64,000 bases of DNA from Candidatus Cloacimonadales bacterium (GCA_963662655.2 CAXXTU010000002.1:1504001-1568000); one strand, 5' to 3'. Shown: positions 20,129 through 32,993, counted from the stretch's first letter. Numbers and translations: made by a program. The notes: generated from the sequence alone by a model not told the origin.

Positions 20129-22168
20129 ATGATAAAAAAGATTACGTGGGTTGTGTCACTGGTGATATTTCTCAGCGGGATTTGGGCAATCGAGATCGAT
20201 TTCATCCCCAATCCCGGCTCCCCCGATATCCAATTGAGAACGCATGCCGATGTCTACTATCACGATGAATCGGACGATCAGCACTGGTACGGGGCGGATC
20301 GATGGGCCGTCTATTTCGATGTGCCGAGTTACTTCTCCGGAACGGATTCCATAACCATCGTTCCCCATGAAGTGGTGTTTTACTGCCCGACGGACATGGA
20401 CAACAATTCCGTGACTTTTACGCTGTGCGCCAACGGCGACAACAATCAACCCGACGAATCGAATGTGTACGGACAGACGGTACTGGACGGAAACCTGTAC
20501 GGATGGCAAACCGTTCCCATTCCGGATTCGGCTTCGGAACTTGTCGATTTCTGGATTGTCATGGACTACGAAACAAACAACTATCCATCCAACCCCGAGC
20601 TGAGTTCGTACGTATCGGCAAGCTCCGGTGGCGGGGTTAACAGCTACTATTGGGATCCCGATTACGGCTCGAACGGATGGTTCCAGAACATGGATGCCAT
20701 GGGCTTTGCCAGCGAGTTTCTTATCGGCGTTAACGGTACCATGCATTTCCCGGTGGTTTATCGCGATCTCGAAGTCAACAGCATCGGAATCCAGGGAGTT
20801 TCCGCTCCACTGAGTACGATAACCCCCTGCTGGACCTTGACCAATCATTCAGCCGTGGCCATCGAGGACATCTCGTTGCATTATACCATTGTTGCACCCG
20901 ACAGCTTTCCCGATCCCCAACCGGATGTAACGATGGACCCATTCACTATCGCGGCGGGTGAAACGATCGATGCAATGGGAATCGGCTACAGAATCAGGGA
21001 TCAACGTTCCCAGTTCCGCTACACCGTTACCGTCTCGTATCCGGTGGATTCTCTGGATGTGAACTCGTCGAACAACACGAAAACCATGCTTTTCGATACG
21101 TTCACGACTCCGGGGAACAACGTTCTCATCGAGAATTTCCTTCAGGGCTCCAATTCCGTAGCGAATACGATTTGGGATGTTGAGACGGAGACCGTTCCGC
21201 AAGACAGCGTTTACATCCTCAACTATTTCCCGGATATTTCGGACAGCATGCTCTACACCCCGGAAGCGCTGACGCGTTACAACCATTACGAGATGCTCGG
21301 ATACCCGAGCGCCATCGTGCATGGACGAAATAAAATAACTGGATTCTCCGGTAACGATAACTTCGCGGACTCCCTGTCTTCATACTACAGTGAAGCCTCG
21401 GAGCAAACAACCTTCTTCCTGCCGACTCGCTGGAGCGTCTCAACCTGGGAAAGCGGCGACTACATCTGCTACGCCCAGTTCAACAATCAGGATGCCTATG
21501 TGTTCTCCACGTATCTACAGAACCTGAAGTTTTATGCGGCGCTTGTCGAGGAGGGTATCTCCTGGAACGACACAACAATCCCCGGCTACACATTCATCGA
21601 ATTTTTCCCAACCGCGGAAGGCGTTGTGGGCGCGGCGAGCATCGATATGACCTACGGTGAAACCGCATCCTATAATTTCGCGTTCAACATCAACAACATC
21701 GACGCTATACAGGACACAACGGCGAGTTTCGAGAAGCTGTCCGTCCTTTGCTTCTTCCAGTTCGAATCGACGCTATGGAATAAGAAGAACCGCATGGAGT
21801 ATGCCATGCTGGTTCCGTTGTCTTCATTGATCGATCAGGCGGTTGGCGTTCATGACGAGACGGCCGCGTTTGTTCCGAATGTTCAAATCTATCCCAATCC
21901 TTTCAGGGCCGGGCAGTCTGTGCAGATCAGGATGTCCGGGAGCAAATCACGAAGCATCAATCAGATCACGGTGGATGTGTATAACATCAGAGGACAAAAG
22001 GTTCGGCGGATCGTCAGAGAAGGGGAGGAACTCACGAAAGACCTTTTCTGGGATGGCCGCAACCAGCGCGGATCCATTGTTTCATCCGGCGTTTATCTGA
22101 TGCGCATCCAAACCAGATCAAACCAGGCAACGGAAGTCATACACAAAAACTGCCTTCTTATCAAATAA
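20129..22168 (+). CDS. Secreted protein with degenerate Omp28-like region (no CxxC) and FlgD/T9SS-type CTD
   Basis: Signal peptide, NVLIENF...RYNHYEMLGYPSAIVHG, IYPNPF...VYNIRGQKV...WDGRN..G..VSSGVY. Confidence 0.75.
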   Translation: MIKKITWVVSLVIFLSGIWAIEIDFIPNPGSPDIQLRTHADVYYHDESDDQHWYGADRWAVYFDVPSYFSGTDSITIVPHEVVFYCPTDMDNNSVTFTLCANGDNNQPDESNVYGQTVLDGNLYGWQTVPIPDSASELVDFWIVMDYETNNYPSNPELSSYVSASSGGGVNSYYWDPDYGSNGWFQNMDAMGFASEFLIGVNGTMHFPVVYRDLEVNSIGIQGVSAPLSTITPCWTLTNHSAVAIEDISLHYTIVAPDSFPDPQPDVTMDPFTIAAGETIDAMGIGYRIRDQRSQFRYTVTVSYPVDSLDVNSSNNTKTMLFDTFTTPGNNVLIENFLQGSNSVANTIWDVETETVPQDSVYILNYFPDISDSMLYTPEALTRYNHYEMLGYPSAIVHGRNKITGFSGNDNFADSLSSYYSEASEQTTFFLPTRWSVSTWESGDYICYAQFNNQDAYVFSTYLQNLKFYAALVEEGISWNDTTIPGYTFIEFFPTAEGVVGAASIDMTYGETASYNFAFNINNIDAIQDTTASFEKLSVLCFFQFESTLWNKKNRMEYAMLVPLSSLIDQAVGVHDETAAFVPNVQIYPNPFRAGQSVQIRMSGSKSRSINQITVDVYNIRGQKVRRIVREGEELTKDLFWDGRNQRGSIVSSGVYLMRIQTRSNQATEVIHKNCLLIK

Positions 22169-22190
22169 ACGGCAGTGAAAGCGATAGCGT

Positions 22191-23243
22191 TTGAGAACCA
22201 AGACCATATTCGATCGCACATTTCTTGAGCTTACCGGCGTGCTCCACGTGCACACCGCGTATTCGTTCGACTGCGATGTATCCATCGCACGGATCATGCG
22301 GGGCGCAAAGCGTGCACGCGTCGATTTCTTCATGATCAACGACCACCACACGTTTGAAGCGAAGCGCGATCCGGACGTCGTCAACGAGAAGGATATCATC
22401 GTGCTCACGGGCGCAGAGGTGAACGATCCTTCCGGCAATAACCACTATCTCGTATTCGGCTCGGACAACGTTCACACGAAGATTCCCGCGTCGGACTACA
22501 TGCAGCGTTACGCCGACGAGGGCGTTCACGGCTTCATCGCTCACCCACTCGAAAGGCGCAGGACGAAGAGATACCGCAAATACCTGTGGTTGGAAAAGAA
22601 CGTTTCCAACGCTGCCGGTTTGGAGATATGGAACTTCACCTCCAGTTGGATCGGGAAGCTCATTCCCAGCCTGAACCCGATTCCCATGCTGATGTTCCCG
22701 GGATTCTACGTGCGCAAGCCACTGCCGGAGAATCTTAAGCTCTGGGACAAATGGAATCTCGAGGGCCTGCGGATGACCGGCATCGGTTCCGCCGATGTCC
22801 ACGGAACACGTATGAAGCTTCCCGGACTCAAGTTCAGGGTGCTCCCCCACCGCAGATTGATGAAGAAACTGAGAACGAACGTACTTCTCACCGAAGGCAC
22901 AACACCGAATCCGACGAATATCTATAAAGCGCTGGAAGATGGACGCTGCTATGCGGTGAACTATGGCGTGGGCGATCCGTTCGGTTTCTATGCCGGGATC
23001 GTTGACGAGCACGGCAAGGGAGCCGTTTCGGGAGAGGACATCGCACTCAAGGCTAAGTTGACGCTCTATTTCAATCTGCCGATGAGTTCCAGGGTCGTTT
23101 TGATCCACAATGGGAAGAAAATCGCGCAGTGGCGGGATCAGCGAGGCAATTATGCAATAACGAAACCCGGTTTCTATCGGTTGGAGATATCGAGATTCGG
23201 AACCGGCTGGATTTACACGAATCCAATTTACGTAAACCAATAG
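22191..23243 (+). CDS. PHP-domain metallohydrolase (CehA/McbA-like)
   Basis: LHVHT.YS.D, NDHH, GAEV, AHP, GSADVH; TTG start. Confidence 0.85.
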   Translation: MRTKTIFDRTFLELTGVLHVHTAYSFDCDVSIARIMRGAKRARVDFFMINDHHTFEAKRDPDVVNEKDIIVLTGAEVNDPSGNNHYLVFGSDNVHTKIPASDYMQRYADEGVHGFIAHPLERRRTKRYRKYLWLEKNVSNAAGLEIWNFTSSWIGKLIPSLNPIPMLMFPGFYVRKPLPENLKLWDKWNLEGLRMTGIGSADVHGTRMKLPGLKFRVLPHRRLMKKLRTNVLLTEGTTPNPTNIYKALEDGRCYAVNYGVGDPFGFYAGIVDEHGKGAVSGEDIALKAKLTLYFNLPMSSRVVLIHNGKKIAQWRDQRGNYAITKPGFYRLEISRFGTGWIYTNPIYVNQ

Positions 23244-23257
23244 ATGAAAGGCATATC

Positions 23258-24202
23258 ATGGAAAAGATTTATGTGCAGGACCTGCACCATTATCTGAACG
23301 AAGAGATCGTCAGTTACTTTTTGGTGACGCAGAAAGAGCTGAGGGACGGCAAAAGAGATCAATTCATCCGCATGCGACTTACCGATAAGACAGGGAATAT
23401 CGCTGCGAATATTTGGAGCAATGTGAAGCAGCTCAAGGACCTGTTCAAGGAAGGCGATATCGTGAAGGTTAAAGGCATTGTCATCTCCTACAAGGAGCAA
23501 AGCCAGGTTACGGTGAACAATATCAGGCGAGCCAAAGAGGACGAGTACGACATCTCTGAGTTCGTCCCCAAGACGACAAAGGACATCAAGGTTCTCTCGG
23601 ACGCGCTGTTTCATTACATCGACAACGTGAACGACGAATACATCAAGCAGCTTCTGGAAAGCATTTTCGGCGATAAGGAGTACTTCTCGAAATTCTCGCA
23701 GGCTCCCGCAGCAAAGAGCTGGCACCACAACTACGTGGGCGGGCTCCTGGAGCATACCGTGTCCGTTACGAAAATCTGCGACTTCGCATCCCACATGTAC
23801 CCGGTACAGAAGGATATCCTCATTGCCGGAGCCATGCTCCACGACTCTGGGAAGGTGTACGAATACAGCGTCAAACCGTCGATCGAGTTCACACCGATCG
23901 GGCGGTTGGTCGGGCATATCTGCCTTGCGGACGAGATGGTTTGTAAAAAGGCGGCTGAGATCAACAATTTCCCTGACAACATACTGCTGAAGATCAGGCA
24001 TTTGATACTGTCCCACCACGGCGAGTATGAAAAGGCTTCCGCGAGGCTTCCTCAGATGCTCGAGGCGGTCGTGCTGCATTTCGCGGACAACCTCGACGCA
24101 CAAACGGTTGGCGTGAATCAGCTTGTGGAAAGCGCCCTGAAATCGGATTCTGAGTGGACTGAATTCGATAGGATCAACAACAGGTATTTCTATATAGGTT
24201 GA
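23258..24202 (+). CDS. yhaM: 3'-5' exoribonuclease YhaM family (OB fold + HD)
   Basis: LTDKTG.I, PAAKSWHHNYVGGLLEHT, LHDSGK, HLILSHHG, LHFADNLDA. Confidence 0.9.
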   Translation: MEKIYVQDLHHYLNEEIVSYFLVTQKELRDGKRDQFIRMRLTDKTGNIAANIWSNVKQLKDLFKEGDIVKVKGIVISYKEQSQVTVNNIRRAKEDEYDISEFVPKTTKDIKVLSDALFHYIDNVNDEYIKQLLESIFGDKEYFSKFSQAPAAKSWHHNYVGGLLEHTVSVTKICDFASHMYPVQKDILIAGAMLHDSGKVYEYSVKPSIEFTPIGRLVGHICLADEMVCKKAAEINNFPDNILLKIRHLILSHHGEYEKASARLPQMLEAVVLHFADNLDAQTVGVNQLVESALKSDSEWTEFDRINNRYFYIG

Positions 24203-24203
24203 T

Positions 24204-24983
24204 ATGTTTCAAACCACCGTACTCGCCAGCGGAAGCAAGGGCAACGCGATCCTGATCCGAACCGCGCAGACGAAGCTGCTTCTGGACGCGGGGCTTTCCG
24301 GCAAGCGCATTCTCGGATTCCTCGATGAAGTCGGCCTGAATCCGCTGCATATTCAAGGGATCATCCTGAGTCACGAGCATAGCGACCACAGCTATGGGGT
24401 CGGTGTGATGTGCCGCAAGCTGAATATCCCGCTCTACGCAACGCGTTCCACGTTCAGCGTGTGCAGCGGTAAACTGGGCAAGCTTCCCGTCGGCGTTCAT
24501 CACTTCGAACCGGGAACGACGTTTTCAATCCGCGATCTGGAAATCCACCCCTTCAGTTCGTCGCATGACGCGGTGGACTCCTGCAACTTCACCTTCACCA
24601 ATCCGGAGGGGAAGAAGCTGGCCGTTGTCACGGACGCGGGGTATCCGACCAAGTTGATGATCGAGAAGATCAAGTGCGCGTCCACGCTGATTCTGGAATC
24701 GAACCACGATGTAAAGATGCTTCTGGACGGGCCTTATCCTTGGGACTTGAAGCAGCGCGTTAGAAGCAGGCAGGGGCACCTTTCCAACGAGCAGGCAGTG
24801 GGGGTCGTGAACCAGGTTTTGCATGCGGAGATGAAAAATCTGATTCTTGCCCACCTCAGCGAAACGAACAACACGCCCGAGCTTGCCAGAAAGTCGATGG
24901 AAGAGTTTCTTAGCGAGATCAGGCACCCTGTTAAGCTATATGTGGCCTTGCAGGATCGGCCAACCGAGTTGGTTGAAGTTTGA
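24204..24983 (+). CDS. MBL-fold metallo-hydrolase (YycJ/WalJ-like)
   Basis: LASGSKGN, SHEHSDH, HDA, ESNHD, GHLSN, LAHLSE.NN. Confidence 0.92.
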   Translation: MFQTTVLASGSKGNAILIRTAQTKLLLDAGLSGKRILGFLDEVGLNPLHIQGIILSHEHSDHSYGVGVMCRKLNIPLYATRSTFSVCSGKLGKLPVGVHHFEPGTTFSIRDLEIHPFSSSHDAVDSCNFTFTNPEGKKLAVVTDAGYPTKLMIEKIKCASTLILESNHDVKMLLDGPYPWDLKQRVRSRQGHLSNEQAVGVVNQVLHAEMKNLILAHLSETNNTPELARKSMEEFLSEIRHPVKLYVALQDRPTELVEV

Positions 24984-25002
24984 CAAAGATGTTGCTCCGG
25001 GG

Positions 25003-25116
25003 CACCTTCGCCCGATCCGCATTTCCGACGGGATACACCACGGCTCCGAAAGGAAGGAGATATTGAAATGCTCCGCCGTGAAACACCCCGCCGGAAATGC
25101 GGATCGAACGAATCTG
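25003..25116 (-). repeat. Dispersed structured intergenic element, copy B (114 bp, inverted)
   Basis: Reverse complement reads CAGATTCGTTCGATCC-GCATTTCCGGCGG-GGTGTTTCACGGC...GCCGTGGTGTATCC-CGTCGGAAATGC-GGATCGGGCGAAGGTG. Confidence 0.85.
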
Positions 25117-25170
25117 CCTCCGGATCGAAAATTTTACAGATAATGAACGGATAAGAGACAAGGAGTTGAG

Positions 25171-27628
<2,458 letters not shown>

Positions 27629-27660
27629 GAACTGAATAAGATTTTGGAAAGGAGCGAAAA

Positions 27661-28464
27661 ATGAGAAGCGTAACCTCGTTCCAGGAAATGAAAAACAAGG
27701 GCGAGAAAATCGCCATGCTCACAGCATACGATTACCCTTCCGGCAAGATGGTTGCCAAAGCCAGCGCCGACGTGATTCTAGTGGGCGACAGCCTCGGAAT
27801 GGTTGTGCTGGGCTATGAAAACACGCTGCAAGTGACGATGGACGATATCATTCACCACACGAAGGCCGTGCGGCGCGGTGCACCGGATATGTTCATCATC
27901 AGCGATATGCCCTACCGCAGCTTCCACCTCGATCTGCGAACCACCAAGGAAAACGCCTTCCGCCTGATCATCGAAGGCGGAGCGAACGCGGTGAAGCTGG
28001 AGGGCGGAAGCGAAAGCCGCCTGGAAGCGATCCGCGCCATCGTCGATTGCGAAATACCGGTGGTGGCTCATCTGGGGCTTACGCCGCAGTCGGTAAACAA
28101 GTTCGGCGGCTATAAGGTTCAGGGCAAGGACACCGATTCCTCGGAGCAGCTCTTCGAGATGGCGAAGCGCATCGAAGAGGCCGGGGCATTCATGGTTGTG
28201 CTGGAAGGCATTCCCGAAGCGCTGGGCAGAAGAATCAGCCAGACGCTCAAGATACCGACTATCGGAATCGGCGCCGGACGCCACACGGACGGCCAGGTGC
28301 TCGTGTACCACGATCTTCTGGGCCACAGCGAGTTCAAGCCGAAGTTCGTGGAGCGCTACGAGAACTTGAACACTCGCATTTCCGAAGCGCTCGCCTCGTG
28401 GTGTAAGGATGTTCAGGAAAAGAAGTTCCCCAAGCGGGATCAGGTATATTTCCCAGAAGAATAA
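27661..28464 (+). CDS. panB: 3-methyl-2-oxobutanoate hydroxymethyltransferase
   Basis: MLTAYD, LVGDSLGMV, VKLEGG, HLGLTPQS, TIGIGAG..DGQVLV. Confidence 0.96.
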   Translation: MRSVTSFQEMKNKGEKIAMLTAYDYPSGKMVAKASADVILVGDSLGMVVLGYENTLQVTMDDIIHHTKAVRRGAPDMFIISDMPYRSFHLDLRTTKENAFRLIIEGGANAVKLEGGSESRLEAIRAIVDCEIPVVAHLGLTPQSVNKFGGYKVQGKDTDSSEQLFEMAKRIEEAGAFMVVLEGIPEALGRRISQTLKIPTIGIGAGRHTDGQVLVYHDLLGHSEFKPKFVERYENLNTRISEALASWCKDVQEKKFPKRDQVYFPEE

Positions 28465-28478
28465 TGCAGGAGAAATAA

Positions 28479-29102
28479 ATGGAAGAATTGAACATGATCG
28501 AACAAACTCCGGAAGAGAAGCTCGCCGCGGTGGGCAAGCTCAAGAAGAATCTCGAAGACAGCTTCGTGATGCTGGGCGCGCTACTTTCCGAGATCAAGCG
28601 AAGCAAGCTTTTCCGCCTGAAGGGCTACAAGAACTTCAAGGATTTCATCGAGACGGAATACGCCATGGCGGGAAGCTTCGCCGGTAAACTCATCGGCATC
28701 CACGACCTTTTCATTCAGGAGCTCGACATCAGCGAAAACTCGCTCAAGCAGATCGGCTTCGACAAACTGAGCATGATCAAACCGCTGGTGAAGAACTGCG
28801 CCTACGAAGAAACCGAGGGCTGGCTTAGCAAGGCTGAAGACCTCCCGACTCCCGAGCTTCGCGAAGAGGTCAAGACCGAGAAAGAGCGGCGTAAAAAGAA
28901 CGACAAGACGCTCAAGGATGTCTTCGTCGATCAATTCTTCGAGAAAATGACGACCAGCTTCAACTGCAGCAAGAAGGACCTGTTTTACAAGCTGGCAATC
29001 TACTTCCAGGACGTCGATCTTACCGAGGTCAAGGACTCGGTGCGGCTCAAGCAGCGTAAGCTGGAAGAAGCAGAACAAATGGAGGGAATGCCGCGCGTTT
29101 GA
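28479..29102 (+). CDS. Hypothetical helical protein
   Basis: Good SD, host-like codon usage, operonic with panB; LSEIKRSKLFRLKGYKNFKDFIE. Confidence 0.8.
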   Translation: MEELNMIEQTPEEKLAAVGKLKKNLEDSFVMLGALLSEIKRSKLFRLKGYKNFKDFIETEYAMAGSFAGKLIGIHDLFIQELDISENSLKQIGFDKLSMIKPLVKNCAYEETEGWLSKAEDLPTPELREEVKTEKERRKKNDKTLKDVFVDQFFEKMTTSFNCSKKDLFYKLAIYFQDVDLTEVKDSVRLKQRKLEEAEQMEGMPRV

Positions 29103-29185
29103 TAGCATATTGTACCATTTCCGCCGCGTTCGTTCAAGAATCCCCGCGGAAAGCGATTATTTGAGAAACCAAAAAAGAGGTAACT

Positions 29186-30742
29186 ATGCGACAGCTTAAA
29201 ATCTTATGGGTCGATGACGAAGTCGAACTCCTGAAACCGTTTGTAATCTTTCTCGAAGACAAAGGCTATAAAGTAACGACCGTTACCAACGGCACCGACG
29301 CCATCGCCTACGTGGTGAAAGAGAAATTCGATCTGGTGCTGCTGGATGAAATGATGCCCGGCCTGGACGGCCTTTCCACTCTCCTGGAAATCCGCAAGAT
29401 CAACACATCCATCCCCATCGTAATGGTCACGAAGAGCGAAGAGGAAGGCCTGATGGACAAGGCCATCGCGCGGCAGATAACCGACTATCTGATCAAACCG
29501 ATTAACCCGAATCAGATCATCATGGCCGTGAAAAAGATTTTCCAGGCGGACGAAATCCGCCAGAATCAGATCGGCGAAGAATACTCCCGCTTCTCCGCAC
29601 AGCTCAATCAAAGGCTCTTCGCTGCGCCGCAATGGGACGACTGGACGAACATCTACCGCGATATGTGCCGCTGGGACATCCAGATCGACGAGCTGAACGA
29701 CGCGGGGCTCTCACACATGCACTTCCTCGAGAAACGCAACTGCAACACTGAGTTTTGCAACTACATCGAAGAACACTACGGCGAATGGCTGAAAAGCGAC
29801 GATCGCCCCTCGTTTTCCTTCGACGTGATCTCCGAATACATCTCCCCCATCTTCGAGGAGGAGAAGCCGGTCTACTTCATCATTCTCGACTGCATGCGGC
29901 TCGACCAGTATTTCGCGCTGGAACCGTTCATCAGCGAGCTGTTCAACGTAGACCTCCAGCTCTACTACTCCATACTGCCCACGGCGACACCGTACTCCAG
30001 GAACGCGCTCTTCAGCGGACTCCTGCCTGCGGACATCGCGAGGAACTTCCCCGAGTACTGGACCGATTCCCACGATATCGACAACAGCAGGAACCGCAAC
30101 GAACACCAGCTCCTGGACGCCCACCTGAGAGACCTCGGACACAACCTCGATCCGGGCTCGAAATACGTTAAGATTTTCAACATCGAAGAGGGCAACTTCG
30201 TTCTCCGCAAACTAGACTCTTGGAGCAAAGATAAGCTCGTGGTACTGGTATACAATTTCCTCGATCTCCTGGCTCACCATCGTTCCAAGGATCAGATTTT
30301 GCAGGAGACCATCCCGGACGAGCAAGCACTCCGTGCATTCACCAAACACTGGTTCATGCACTCCTCGCTCTACGAGACCCTCAAACAGATATCAAAGCAG
30401 GACGCGACCGTCGTGATCACCACCGACCACGGTTCCATCCGCGTCAACCGCGCAACTCAGGCTGTCGGCGACCGCGACACGACCATCACCGTGCGTTATA
30501 AGGAAGGCAAGAACCTCACCTGCAACGAGCGTCACGCGGTCTACGTCAAGAAACCCGGCTCGTACGGACTTCCCACCAAGAATATCATCGATAACTATAT
30601 CTTTGCGAAGGACGACTACTACTTCGTCTATCCGAACTCCTACCATCAGTACCAGAAGCAGTACAACGGCACTTTCCAGCACGGAGGCATCTCCATGGAA
30701 GAAATGATCCTGCCTCTGGCGATCTGTAGAACGAAGAGTTAG
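29186..30742 (+). CDS. porX: PorX-like response regulator with PglZ/alkaline-phosphatase domain
   Basis: ILWVDDE..LLDEMMPG..TKSEEE..YLIKP receiver; DCMR.DQ, SILPTATPYSRNA, TTDHG, TFQHGGISMEEMI. Confidence 0.9.
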   Translation: MRQLKILWVDDEVELLKPFVIFLEDKGYKVTTVTNGTDAIAYVVKEKFDLVLLDEMMPGLDGLSTLLEIRKINTSIPIVMVTKSEEEGLMDKAIARQITDYLIKPINPNQIIMAVKKIFQADEIRQNQIGEEYSRFSAQLNQRLFAAPQWDDWTNIYRDMCRWDIQIDELNDAGLSHMHFLEKRNCNTEFCNYIEEHYGEWLKSDDRPSFSFDVISEYISPIFEEEKPVYFIILDCMRLDQYFALEPFISELFNVDLQLYYSILPTATPYSRNALFSGLLPADIARNFPEYWTDSHDIDNSRNRNEHQLLDAHLRDLGHNLDPGSKYVKIFNIEEGNFVLRKLDSWSKDKLVVLVYNFLDLLAHHRSKDQILQETIPDEQALRAFTKHWFMHSSLYETLKQISKQDATVVITTDHGSIRVNRATQAVGDRDTTITVRYKEGKNLTCNERHAVYVKKPGSYGLPTKNIIDNYIFAKDDYYFVYPNSYHQYQKQYNGTFQHGGISMEEMILPLAICRTKS

Positions 30743-30771
30743 AAAGCAGAGTCTTGCAACTAGAAAGCGAC

Positions 30772-31620
30772 ATGCAAGAGATCATACAACTGCTCACCCA
30801 ATATGATTTTATGCGCAACGCGGTGCTGGCGGCGATCTTCGCCAGCATCCTTTGCGGCATGACGGGCACGCTCGTTGTCATCAAGCGAATCGCGCTCATC
30901 AGCGGAGGCATCGCTCACACTGTACTCGGGGGCGTCGGGCTATTCTATTATCTCGGCTGGAATCCGTACCTCGGGGCGTTCATTTCCGCTATCGGAGCGG
31001 CGATTCTCATCGGGCTCGTCAAGCTCCGCGCCGGCGAGCACGAAGACACCCTCATCAGCGCCTTGTGGGCGATCGGCATGGCGTCCGGGATCCTCTTCAT
31101 GCAGCTCAAGCCCGGCTACAACAGGAGCCTGGTTTCGTATCTCTTCGGCAATATCCTCCTGGTATCGACCTTCGATCTCGTCATCCTCGGAGCCATGACT
31201 CTCGTCGTGATCGTGGTGATCTTCCTGTTGTACCGCCAGTTCCTCGCAATATCGTTCGACCAGGAGTTCTCGAAGTTGAGGGGCTTGAAATCGGAGTTCC
31301 TTTACATCCTGCTGTTGTGCATGATCGCGGTAACCATCGTCGTTCTGACCACCATCGTCGGCTTGATTCTCGCGATCGCTCTGCTGACCCTTCCCGCAGC
31401 CATTGCGGCGCTCTTCACGAAGACGCCCGGGACCATGATGATCTTCGCGATGATCCTTGGACTCGTTTTCTCCCTGGGAGGATTGTTCGTCTCCTACAAC
31501 CCCGGCCTCGCCCCCGGCTCGACGATCATTATTTTGAGCGGATCCGGGTACTTCATCGCCATTTTACTGCGGAAGCTCTGGAGACACTACCGCAATAAAA
31601 GGCAGTTTGGGAGTCTATAA
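30772..31620 (+). CDS. Metal (Zn/Mn) ABC transporter permease, ZnuB-like
   Basis: GGIAHTVLGG, YLFGNILLV, FDQEF, VGLILAIALLTLPA. Confidence 0.9.
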   Translation: MQEIIQLLTQYDFMRNAVLAAIFASILCGMTGTLVVIKRIALISGGIAHTVLGGVGLFYYLGWNPYLGAFISAIGAAILIGLVKLRAGEHEDTLISALWAIGMASGILFMQLKPGYNRSLVSYLFGNILLVSTFDLVILGAMTLVVIVVIFLLYRQFLAISFDQEFSKLRGLKSEFLYILLLCMIAVTIVVLTTIVGLILAIALLTLPAAIAALFTKTPGTMMIFAMILGLVFSLGGLFVSYNPGLAPGSTIIILSGSGYFIAILLRKLWRHYRNKRQFGSL

Positions 31621-31895
31621 AGCCAGTTCTTCCGTGTAAAAAATGTTATTCTTCAATTTCGGCCCCTAAGTACCCTTAATCCACTCTCATTTATAAGCTT
31701 GACGGCATATCAGGCCATCAATGCCCGAACATCGGGCTTAAATTAATGCAATATATATCAAAAAAAATGTGTTAACCGGTAAAAAACCCTTTACAATAAA
31801 TCTCCCGATTCTCAATCTTTAAAATGTTAATCTTATTGACTGTTACTGGGACTACTGAGCTGGGAAGAATAAGAGGATCATATCGAGGTAACAAT

Positions 31896-32981
31896 ATGAA
31901 TCGGGACAGCCTGTTCGATGACCTGAGATTGAACCGCCTTTTCTTGGAAGTAGACAAATCGCTTTTATGTGAACTTTCCAAGGACTGCTTCATCGAGCGC
32001 TCTTTTTACAAAGGGGAAACCATCATTCGCCAGGATGAAGTTTCTGCGGATTTATTCCTGATCTTAAACGGACGGGTTCAAATCAGTAAAATCCTTCCTG
32101 ACGGCGAACGCGTAGAATTGATACAAAAAGGCCCCAACGAATTCATCGGCGAGATCGGCCTGCTCCTTACATCGAGTCGGTCGGCAACCGTTACCTGCCT
32201 TACCGATGTACGAATTGTCCAGATAACCCCCGCATCATTCTCACAGATTCTGAAGAAAATTCCCACGATTCGCAAGAACGTCCTGAAGAATATTATCGAG
32301 ATCGTCTTCGACGACGACCAGAGAGTGGTGAACGAGATTATCAAAGGAAATCTGCTGGCCGAGATGTTCAACGCGATCAGCGACCAGACAAAACGCCTGG
32401 AATCCCTGAATCGCCAGCTCAAGGATGTCAATTCCGAGCTCGAGAAGAAGAACAAGAAGCTCTACGAACTCGCCACGTACGATTACCTTACAAAACTGTA
32501 CAACCGAGCGTTCGTGATGGATATGTTCTCGAAGGAATTCAGCAAATCGAAGCGCCACGGGCATGAACTCGCCTGTCTGCTCCTGGATATCGACAACTTC
32601 AAGAAAATCAACGACACCTACGGACATCTCACCGGCGACGTCGTTCTCAGGCAGATCGGACTGCGTTTGAAGGCCGACATCCGCGAACAAGATATCGTGG
32701 GGCGATACGGCGGTGAAGAATTTCTGATCGTCCTCCCCAACACAAATCTGGAGCAGGCTTTGTTCGTGGCGGAAAAGGTCCGCAAGAAAATTGAGGACCT
32801 CGAAATCCGCTCGAATAACAAAATGATCAAGACATCGGTGAGTATCGGCGTATCCGATATCAATCACAATGGCCCCGATAAAGTCGACGATCTGTTGTAT
32901 CAGGCCGATACTGCCCTCTACCGCGCGAAAAGGAAAGGCAAGAACAGGACAGTGCCTTTCCAGCCAGAACCGAACGCCTGA
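31896..32981 (+). CDS. Diguanylate cyclase with cyclic-nucleotide-binding domain
   Basis: FIGEIGLL...RSATV cNMP domain, coiled coil, DIDNFK.INDTYGH, REQD I-site and GGEEF. Confidence 0.92.
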   Translation: MNRDSLFDDLRLNRLFLEVDKSLLCELSKDCFIERSFYKGETIIRQDEVSADLFLILNGRVQISKILPDGERVELIQKGPNEFIGEIGLLLTSSRSATVTCLTDVRIVQITPASFSQILKKIPTIRKNVLKNIIEIVFDDDQRVVNEIIKGNLLAEMFNAISDQTKRLESLNRQLKDVNSELEKKNKKLYELATYDYLTKLYNRAFVMDMFSKEFSKSKRHGHELACLLLDIDNFKKINDTYGHLTGDVVLRQIGLRLKADIREQDIVGRYGGEEFLIVLPNTNLEQALFVAEKVRKKIEDLEIRSNNKMIKTSVSIGVSDINHNGPDKVDDLLYQADTALYRAKRKGKNRTVPFQPEPNA

Positions 32982-32993
32982 GCCACGACCACT

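Noticed and set aside
22191..24983. PHP + HD + MBL hydrolase run as an anti-phage island
   Set aside because: The HD and MBL genes match the housekeeping families YhaM and YycJ-like; composition is host-like and the run is collinear with rseP-tgt-panB
29186..30742. PglZ domain as part of a BREX defence system
   Set aside because: It is fused to an N-terminal receiver (PorX architecture), with no brxC/pglX/brxL nearby
31621..31895. Riboswitch upstream of the diguanylate cyclase
   Set aside because: Only short hairpins (e.g. GCCCGA-ACA-TCGGGC); no recognisable c-di-GMP aptamer consensus. An Rfam scan would settle it
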